The translations under genes and the position numbers were made by a program. The notes beneath the pieces were generated by a model. It was not told the origin of the DNA and made no database searches. It saw only the letters and a list, made by a program, of their open reading frames with translations. DNA of 64,000 nt from Patescibacteria group bacterium (lineage in GTDB: Bacteria > Patescibacteriota > Patescibacteriia > UBA10025). The stretch spans positions 9,291 through 73,290 of the forward strand of contig JBHPFX010000004.1 in NCBI GenBank assembly GCA_042570925.1, given 5' to 3'. Below are positions 28,709 through 35,211 of this stretch, piece after piece; within the stretch, counting starts at the first letter, position 1; every line of letters begins with the position of its first letter.

Positions 28709-29161
28709 GTGAGTAAAAAAGTATTTTTCACGTCACGGTGGTCCCATGTTGACTACCTCTTCTGGTTTTGCGCACTGTGGTCTCTAGTACAGTTCACTAT
28801 GTGCGTGGTGGAGTTCCTGCATATGGATACTTTCACCGTTCCAGGAGAAATGCCAATCGCTTATTTCCTCCTGATCATCATTTATGTCCTCAGAAAAGAG
28901 GTCGATAGATGGTTGAAAAAGGAATGGAAAAAGCGGAAGGGCGAGTTTTTCTTGATTGGATGGTGGTGCGGCTTGCTCATTATGTTTATCATAGAGTTTA
29001 AGACGCACGGTAATTACACCGTCCCCAAGCGAATGATCGAAACATGCATCTGGATACTCATCCCATTCGCAGTAACCGCATCTTCCAAGATCGTTCATGC
29101 TAACAGAAAATCGTGTGAGCAGAAGATTGAGGAAGCAATTTCAGAAACTACAAAGCGCTAG
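28709..29161 (+). CDS. hypothetical 4-TM membrane protein
   Basis: GTG start 9 nt after AGGAG. TM segments separated by K/R-rich loops (RKEVDRWLKKEWKKRKGE). Preferred over the antisense ORF 28784..29098, which has no SD. Confidence 0.55.
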   Translation: MSKKVFFTSRWSHVDYLFWFCALWSLVQFTMCVVEFLHMDTFTVPGEMPIAYFLLIIIYVLRKEVDRWLKKEWKKRKGEFFLIGWWCGLLIMFIIEFKTHGNYTVPKRMIETCIWILIPFAVTASSKIVHANRKSCEQKIEEAISETTKR

Positions 29162-29248
29162 TACATAGCGAGAAACGAGGGTCTTAACACCATGTCCCAT
29201 TTAGTAAGCTACTCGGATTCCTCGTGAGGATTTAGAAAGACCACTTAA

Positions 29249-29281
29249 GGCGGGGAGGGTATCCAAAACTCCCTCCCCGCC
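29249..29281. other. perfect 11-bp GC-rich hairpin of unknown role
   Basis: ggcggggaggg-tatccaaaact-ccctccccgcc. Not followed by a U-tract on either strand. Confidence 0.8.
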
Positions 29282-29327
29282 CGTCAATGATTTCCGTAAG
29301 CATTCCGCAATCATTTTAGCGGTAAAC

Positions 29328-29365
29328 CAAAAACACCCTAGCATCTGACTCAGAGGGTGTTTTTG
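29328..29365. terminator. bidirectional intrinsic terminator
   Basis: aaaaacaccct-(14 nt)-agggtgttttt between convergent genes. Confidence 0.7.
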
Positions 29366-29373
29366 CTTTATAG

Positions 29374-30060
29374 CTATATAACGAAAAAGAAAAATATTAC
29401 TGATATAATGACACCCAAGGTAAAAAGACCTGGGGTACCCTCTTTTTCTTTTGGAATCATCTCGTTTGCCATAATAAATAAGATCACCCCTGCTACAAAT
29501 CCGTAGAGACCGAACTGCATAATTGACTCAATGGTGAGAAATTGTCCTATAACCACTCCTATGAAAGCTGAAAAGGCAACAACAACTTTAAAGGAAACGT
29601 GTTCTTTTCCATGAAGAAAGTGAAGAGAAAAATCTTCTGATAGAAGCACAAATACCAACGGAACAAAGAATGCTATTCCTGCCAAAGTGTTTTCACTAAT
29701 CAATTGCACCAGAACAATTCCACTTAAAAGATGGTAAATTACGATAGCCGTCACATGAACTAATCTTTGCCTTCGAGGAAGATCAAGCTTTGGCACATGG
29801 CGATAAAAGTATTTTTCTAAAAGATGAAATGCGATAAATCCAGCTGCAACACTCAGTAGTATTGGCACATTCTCATTCAAATATGAGTAGATATATATTT
29901 CCGGCAGAAAAACACCAAGAAGATATACTACAGTAACTCCTGCTCCAAATGAAAGTGATGCATTTCTAATTTTGCTCCTGTGTAAAATATGCTCACTGAA
30001 ATAACTCAAGATGATAAAATTGAGAATTGCAAGCAAAAAAGTTAATACTAGAGCAAGCAT
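29374..30060 (-). CDS. hypothetical polytopic membrane protein (weak ZIP-like features)
   Basis: 228 aa, about 7 TM. His-containing loops (FHLLEKYFYRH, HFLHGKEH) and ANEMIPKE near the C-terminus. Family uncertain. Confidence 0.55.
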   Translation of the reverse strand: MLALVLTFLLAILNFIILSYFSEHILHRSKIRNASLSFGAGVTVVYLLGVFLPEIYIYSYLNENVPILLSVAAGFIAFHLLEKYFYRHVPKLDLPRRQRLVHVTAIVIYHLLSGIVLVQLISENTLAGIAFFVPLVFVLLSEDFSLHFLHGKEHVSFKVVVAFSAFIGVVIGQFLTIESIMQFGLYGFVAGVILFIMANEMIPKEKEGTPGLFTLGVIISVIFFFFVI

Positions 30061-30064
30061 GTGG

Positions 30065-30835
30065 TTATGATTTATCGATTTTAGGCTCTTTAATTAATGC
30101 AATCATAAAGCGTACTGTCGCGGTAACAATCCGGGGAAACCTCCATGGCTGCCTAAACAATCTGAAGAGCCATTCCAATCCTATTGCACGAAAGATTCTT
30201 GGAGCTCTTTGAATTTTACCTGAAAGATAATCAAGAACACCGCCGATACCTACAGCAATTCGTACCGAGTGCAGCTCACTTAGAACATCAGCAATCCATT
30301 TTTCCTGTTTTGGATGACCAAATGCAACCAGAAGTATATCAGGTTTCAACATATTGATGTGCTCAATTAGATATTCCCGTTCCTCAAGATCTACGAACAT
30401 CTTTTTATTTCTTAATTTAATCCTCGGCCCTGCCTCAGCTCCGACAATTTTCAGTAAAGGAAATTGTTTTTTTATTTTATGGCCAGCAAAGTGTGCTACA
30501 TGCGAGTCGTCTCCCAGAAGAAAAACTGAAGCATGTTCTTCTTCTGCAATGTGTAATATATTCATCGTAAGATCATATCCTGTGAATCGTGATATCGTAT
30601 GACCTTTCAATTTTCCAGCAACTACGATTCCTATTCCATCTGCCGTTGTTAAACTTGCATTATGCAGAATTGATTTATATTCTTCATCCTTTTGTGCCCA
30701 CATCACTATTTCGGGATTCAGCGTAACTATATGATGAGACGATGAACTGAGTATAAAACTTCGGAGCCTATCATCAACTTCGGTTTTAGATAGTATGTCA
30801 ATGTTCACGCCAAGAAGTGTAAATTTTGTATTCAT
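30065..30835 (-). CDS. WecB/TagA/CpsF family glycosyltransferase
   Basis: GVNIDILS...TLNPEIVM...VAFGHPKQEKWI...WLFRLFRQPWR are family hallmarks. Confidence 0.88.
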   Translation of the reverse strand: MNTKFTLLGVNIDILSKTEVDDRLRSFILSSSSHHIVTLNPEIVMWAQKDEEYKSILHNASLTTADGIGIVVAGKLKGHTISRFTGYDLTMNILHIAEEEHASVFLLGDDSHVAHFAGHKIKKQFPLLKIVGAEAGPRIKLRNKKMFVDLEEREYLIEHINMLKPDILLVAFGHPKQEKWIADVLSELHSVRIAVGIGGVLDYLSGKIQRAPRIFRAIGLEWLFRLFRQPWRFPRIVTATVRFMIALIKEPKIDKS

Positions 30836-30966
30836 TATATCATCAAATGTTACTGTTATCCTTTTGATTAAGTGAGCATTTCACCGTATATTAGTATAGC
30901 AAATGTCATATTCTAAGCACAGTTAAATGACACATTTTATTCCTGATAATCACATATCGACGATAC

Positions 30967-30995
30967 TCGACAAAAAGACTTTTTCGTGCTATGAT
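30967..30995 (+). promoter_or_regulatory. sigma70-like promoter (TCGACA-17-TATGAT)
   Basis: The -10 hexamer contains the first in-frame ATG (30991), which argues for the 31015 start. Confidence 0.45.
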
Positions 30996-31014
30996 ATTGC
31001 TGAAATACCATACG

Positions 31015-32394
31015 ATGCTTAAGACTCTTAAACTATCGTTTACGCTTTTTATGCTCGTGGCGCTTATAGCCCCCACGTTCGTTCATGCTGTATTCAATCC
31101 CAACTTCATCCTTTCAGATACGAACCTTATCCAGAGCACTGCTATGTCTCAGGAGAGAATTCAGAGTTTTCTGGAATCTCAAGGAAGTGGGCTTGCTCGT
31201 TATAACACCAACGTAGGTCCAACACAAAAAAGTGCAGCTGAAATAATCTATAGTGCTGGACTTGCGTGGACAATAAATCCCCAGTATTTACTCGTGAGGC
31301 TTCAAGTCGAACAAAGTTTAGTTACTACATCAAGTCCCACCCAACGACAAGTAGATTGGGCTACAGGCTATGCCGTATGCGACTCTTGCTCTACAAACGA
31401 TCCCGCTATACAGGAATATAAAGGATTTTATAACCAAGTTAATTGGGCAGCACGCAGAATCCGAGAACGCTATTTACCTGATCTTCAGCAGAACGGCATG
31501 ACGTTTACTGGATGGGGACCAGGTATTACTAAAACTTCTGGAGACGGATATGCAGTCACTCCTGCAAACAACGCGACATCCGCTCTCTATACATACACTC
31601 CGTATGTGTATAATGCTAATTACAATGTATGGCGTTTATGGAATCTTTGGTTTACTAAGCATTACCCTGACGGCTCCTTACTACAAGAGGAGTCGGGCGG
31701 TGTATGGAAAATTGAAAATGGCAAACGTCGACCATTCCTCTCAAGATCCGCTTTCTTTTCTCGTTTTGATGCCAATCAGCTCATCCCTGTTTCACTTACT
31801 GATCTTGAGCCCTATGAAATTGGCATTCCCATTAAATTCCCCAATTATGCGCTCGTCCAAGATCCGGATGGTCATGTGTATCTTCTTGATGGATACACAA
31901 AGCGTCGCATTCTATCTCCTGAAGTCTTTCGCTCAATTGGCTTCAATCCAGAAGAGATCATTCTCGGTGATGAAGGAGATCTCGACGCTTACGATTATGG
32001 AGATGTAATTTCAATAGAAAGCTCTCACCCATCAGGCATCCTTTTGCAATCCTCTGAAACCGGCGGAATTACGTTCGTTCAAAACGGTGTACGACATTCA
32101 ATTTGGTCTAAAGAAATACTCAACTCACAATTTCGCAATCGTTCAATAACAGTCGTTGATGAGGCCACCATTCTTCAATATGAAAAAGGAGATCCAGTAT
32201 TATTTCGTGATGCCGAACTAGTTACTTCACCAAATCACCGAAGCGTGTTTTTCATTTCAAACGGCACCAAGCGTCCAATTATCTCAAAAGATGCTTTTGA
32301 TGAGTTAGGATTCAACTGGGGTAATATCATTTGGACAACTGATAAGGCTCTTGATATTCATCCCAACGGATATTCTATAACCACTGAGGAATAA
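31015..32394 (+). CDS. secreted protein with four C-terminal ~47-aa tandem repeats
   Basis: Signal peptide MLKTLKLSFTLFMLVALIAPTFVHA. N-domain with INPQYLLVRLQVEQSLV. Four repeats of the pattern hhhh-NG-xKR-xI-S...F...GF...I (WKIENGKRRPFLS.., YLLDGYTKRRILS.., TFVQNGVRHSIWS.., FFISNGTKRPIIS..). Confidence 0.65.
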   Translation: MLKTLKLSFTLFMLVALIAPTFVHAVFNPNFILSDTNLIQSTAMSQERIQSFLESQGSGLARYNTNVGPTQKSAAEIIYSAGLAWTINPQYLLVRLQVEQSLVTTSSPTQRQVDWATGYAVCDSCSTNDPAIQEYKGFYNQVNWAARRIRERYLPDLQQNGMTFTGWGPGITKTSGDGYAVTPANNATSALYTYTPYVYNANYNVWRLWNLWFTKHYPDGSLLQEESGGVWKIENGKRRPFLSRSAFFSRFDANQLIPVSLTDLEPYEIGIPIKFPNYALVQDPDGHVYLLDGYTKRRILSPEVFRSIGFNPEEIILGDEGDLDAYDYGDVISIESSHPSGILLQSSETGGITFVQNGVRHSIWSKEILNSQFRNRSITVVDEATILQYEKGDPVLFRDAELVTSPNHRSVFFISNGTKRPIISKDAFDELGFNWGNIIWTTDKALDIHPNGYSITTEE

Positions 32395-32399
32395 TATCT

Positions 32400-33197
32400 A
32401 TGTTAGTATTTGCAGCCATTACACCACATCCCCCTATAGTCGTCCCAACCATTGGAAAAGATAATCTTCGTTTTTTAACAAATACCACTAATGCCCTTCG
32501 TGAACTCGGATCAGAGCTTTATGCGGCACGTCCTGATACTATCATTATTATATCCCCTCACGGATCAATGCTTCAAAATGCGTTTGCCCTAAATGTCATG
32601 CCCGAATTCTTGATTGATTTTGAAGAATTTGGTGATCTTGTCACAAAATTTACAATCTCCGGAGATGTAGGATTCAGTCACCACCTAAAAGAACAACTCG
32701 AAACCCAGCTCCCTATCGTCCTCATGTCACAAGAAAAACTTGATCACGGAGTTGGTGTACCTCTTTATTTCTTAACTCAAAACCTTGATCGTAAAAAAAT
32801 AAAATGCATTCCTATTTCATTTTCTCTTTTAGACCTTAACGAGCATTTCGAATTCGGCCGTAAACTTCAAGATGAGATTATTAATGACACCCGTCGTATA
32901 GCAGTTATTGCCTCCGGGGATCTTTCACATAAACTCGGTAAAAACTCACCCGCCGGATACAGTCCTCTAGCCAAGGATTTTGATGAAGAATTAAAGAAAC
33001 TAATATCTCAGAACGATATAAAAGGTATACTTAATATGGATCGCGAAACAATCGAAGAAGCCGCTGAATGTGGCCTGCGTTCATTTATTATTCTTTTTGG
33101 AATCTTAAATAGCATCCGCTATACAACTCGCGTACTCACGTACGAAAATCCCTTTGGTGTTGGATACTTGACAGCAAATTTTGAAATAGACAATTAG
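32400..33197 (+). CDS. class III extradiol dioxygenase (LigB)-fold family protein
   Basis: N-terminus AAITPHPPIVVP, IIIISPHG, DHGVGVPL and ASGDLSHKL resemble the metal-ligand pattern of the LigB family. Confidence 0.55.
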   Translation: MLVFAAITPHPPIVVPTIGKDNLRFLTNTTNALRELGSELYAARPDTIIIISPHGSMLQNAFALNVMPEFLIDFEEFGDLVTKFTISGDVGFSHHLKEQLETQLPIVLMSQEKLDHGVGVPLYFLTQNLDRKKIKCIPISFSLLDLNEHFEFGRKLQDEIINDTRRIAVIASGDLSHKLGKNSPAGYSPLAKDFDEELKKLISQNDIKGILNMDRETIEEAAECGLRSFIILFGILNSIRYTTRVLTYENPFGVGYLTANFEIDN

Positions 33198-33216
33198 CTG
33201 CAAATAACAATCATTA

Positions 33217-33975
33217 ATGAGAGTAATTCCTCTTCACACACAACGAATACTTCCCGGTGACGACGCCCTCAGCGTCGTTCTTGAAATTCTAGCAAAAAAG
33301 AATCTTAAAAAAAATGATGTTATTTGCATTTCATCCAAAATATTCGCGCTAGGAGAAAATCGAGTTATCAAATTGTCATCCATCAAGCCTTCGTCACGAG
33401 CTAACACATTAGCACACACCCTTCACATGAATCCGTCATTCGTACAGTGCGTTCTCAACGAGGCTGACAGTGTTCATAAAGGTGTTCGTGGCGCTCTTTT
33501 GACTCTTAAGAATGGAATACCGATAGCAAACGCTGGAATTGACCAATCGAATACTCCTTTCGGCTATGTCGTTCTTTGGCCCAAGTCACCCGCTCGTTTA
33601 GCTGAAAAGGTCAATAAAGCGATATTTAAAAGATATAAAGTAAAAACAGGCGTGATCATTACTGACTCATCATTTATTACCGGCAGAAAAGGTACCATCG
33701 GTATTGCAGTAGCAATTTCTGGCTTTGAAGGAGTACGTGATGAAAAAGGTAAAAAAGACCTTTTCAATAAACGGATGCAATTGACATCGGTCGATGTTGC
33801 TGATAGTCTTGCAACTGTAGCCAACATTGCTGGTGGGGAACGAAACGAACAAACTCCCGTTGTCCTCATACGTGACGCGAATATCACTTTGAGTTCAATG
33901 CCATCACTTTTTCTAACTAAACAACTAACCATCAACCGATCAAAAGATCTTTTTTTCGCCTGCTACTATAAGTAA
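33217..33975 (+). CDS. CofE-like (F420-0:gamma-glutamyl ligase family) protein
   Basis: ICISSKIFALGENRV...IANAGIDQSN...VIITDS...GIAVAISG are family-typical motifs. Confidence 0.65.
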   Translation: MRVIPLHTQRILPGDDALSVVLEILAKKNLKKNDVICISSKIFALGENRVIKLSSIKPSSRANTLAHTLHMNPSFVQCVLNEADSVHKGVRGALLTLKNGIPIANAGIDQSNTPFGYVVLWPKSPARLAEKVNKAIFKRYKVKTGVIITDSSFITGRKGTIGIAVAISGFEGVRDEKGKKDLFNKRMQLTSVDVADSLATVANIAGGERNEQTPVVLIRDANITLSSMPSLFLTKQLTINRSKDLFFACYYK

Positions 33976-33976
33976 T

Positions 33977-34666
33977 ATGAAAAAACTCATCATTACATCA
34001 CTCGCCCTATTTCTCCTCGGATTTATAGCACTTCAAATCCCCTTCTCTGTCCTCATTGGTGGCCAGGATCAACATTTTTCACTTTTTGATTTCATAGCTC
34101 CGGCTCTGGGAGGATTTATTGGTTCTATCACAGGTGTCTTTTCAGTAATCGGCGTAAAAGCTTTGCATGCGCTTTTTCATAATGATACGTTTGACACTCT
34201 TACCATTATTCGTCTATTTCCTCTTGCATTTGGTGCTCTTTACTTCGGGCTTAAAAGGCACAAACATTTTATGGCTCTTGTGCCTTTTGCGGCAATCATT
34301 CTTTTTACCATTCACCCGGAAGGCCGAAGTGCATGGTTTTATTCTCTTTTTTGGTTGATCCCCATCGTTTCGTTATTTGTTAAGAAGAGCCTTTTCTTCA
34401 ATAGTCTTGGATCTACATTTACAGCGCATGCGGTCGGTAGCGTTGCTTTTCTCTATGCATTTAATCTTCCTTCAGAAGTTTGGATTGCTCTCATTCCAAT
34501 CGTCTTCATAGAACGAATGCTTTTTACATCGGGAATTGCAATTTTTTACCTTACATTCAACACTGCGCTATCATACATAAGTAAATTAAAATACGTACCG
34601 ATGTTATCTCGTTTTGTTGATTCTCGGTATGTACTCTCTAAGAAATTTCTTAGTAAGTTTGTTTAG
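33977..34666 (+). CDS. hypothetical 6-TM membrane protein
   Basis: 229 aa. Starts 1 nt after the CofE-like stop. No family recognised (size and topology recall ECF S-components). Confidence 0.55.
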   Translation: MKKLIITSLALFLLGFIALQIPFSVLIGGQDQHFSLFDFIAPALGGFIGSITGVFSVIGVKALHALFHNDTFDTLTIIRLFPLAFGALYFGLKRHKHFMALVPFAAIILFTIHPEGRSAWFYSLFWLIPIVSLFVKKSLFFNSLGSTFTAHAVGSVAFLYAFNLPSEVWIALIPIVFIERMLFTSGIAIFYLTFNTALSYISKLKYVPMLSRFVDSRYVLSKKFLSKFV

Positions 34667-34682
34667 TTACATAGAAATAAGT

Positions 34683-34706
34683 AACCCAGCTGTTTCCAAC
34701 TGGGTT
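34683..34706. terminator. hairpin between convergent genes (putative terminator)
   Basis: aacccag-(10 nt)-ctgggtt. U-rich flank only on the minus strand. Confidence 0.4.
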
Positions 34707-34767
34707 GTGCGCCTAATATGTGTTAGGTCTTCTTGAAGTTGATGCAACGCGCTGTGCATCATTTCAA

Positions 34768-34986
34768 CTACACGATGATGTTTTTTTTCTTCTCTTTCTC
34801 TCTCTTCTTTTTCTCCTTTTCTTTTTCCTTATTTTTCTTCTCTTTCTCTCTCTTCTTTTTCTCATTCTCTCTTTGTTCTTCGGTCCGAGGTGGATTGCTG
34901 AATCGGGGATATGGAGTGCACCCAATATACGGAGTGCTTCCGATCAGCAGTACTGCAATAATGATCCAACAAATGGTTCTTCTCAT
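34768..34986 (-). CDS. small exported or lipoprotein-like protein with K/E-rich tail
   Basis: GGAGG SD 7 nt upstream of ATG. MRRTICWIIIAVLLIGSTPYIGC..., then EEQRENEKKKREKEKKNKEKEKEKKKREKEKKK. Confidence 0.5.
   Translation of the reverse strand: MRRTICWIIIAVLLIGSTPYIGCTPYPRFSNPPRTEEQRENEKKKREKEKKNKEKEKEKKKREKEKKKNIIV
34781..34880. repeat. about 100-bp polypyrimidine (plus strand) tract with an exact 27-nt duplication
   Basis: Almost pure C/T from 34781 to 34880. cttctctttctctctcttctttttctc occurs at 34789-34815 and 34837-34863 (48-nt period). Confidence 0.9.
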
Positions 34987-35211
34987 ACTACATCCTCCAA
35001 TTTCAGGTGAAGATTGCGAAGGATAGATGCATGAGTAAGGGTGTAAAAGTGTTCTATTTTTGTGTTTTTTCTCCTTTCAAATACCTCTCAACGTGTTGAT
35101 TAGGGATATTGATAGGGGTTTGATCTCGAGATACGTTATCATTGTGGTAATAAACTGTCAACTATACTTATTCGAACAGTTGACTGTTTTGTATATGGAT
35201 AAAATGGTAGA

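Noticed and set aside
28703-28736. TGTGA...TCACG around the 28709 start, considered as a CRP-type site
   Set aside because: The half-site spacing is about 20 nt, not 6. The inverted repeat is better read as an RNA hairpin over the start codon.
28784-29098. Antisense 104-aa acidic ORF (MNDLGRCGYCEWDEYPDAC...) opposite the 28709..29161 membrane-protein ORF
   Set aside because: It has no SD or promoter upstream. The plus-strand ORF has a promoter, an SD, TM segments with positive-inside loops and a terminator. The antisense ORF cannot be fully excluded without expression or homology data.
30948-30958. AATCACATATC 11-mer identical to the right half of the ferritin palindrome, upstream of the 31015 operon
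   Set aside because: The expected left half-site matches only 3 of 9 positions, so this is at best a half-site. It is mentioned under the CRP finding but not called as a feature.
34789-34863. Direct repeats (27 nt twice at 34789/34837; 42 nt twice at 59129/59198), considered as a possible CRISPR array
   Set aside because: There are only two copies of each. They sit in low-complexity coding sequence with no unique spacers of CRISPR size and no cas genes in the window.
34720-35026. Two plus-strand ORFs (96 and 97 aa) rich in F/L/S across the polypyrimidine tract
   Set aside because: They are frame-independent read-through of a C/T-only tract. The minus-strand ORF has a GGAGG SD, a signal-peptide-like N-terminus and a downstream hairpin, so it is the better, though still uncertain, gene model.
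35091-35130. Three TTGAT-containing direct repeats upstream of priA, considered as DnaA boxes or a replication origin
   Set aside because: They do not match the TTATCCACA DnaA-box consensus. There is no dnaA, dnaN or AT-rich DUE context, and no strand-bias switch is evident by eye.
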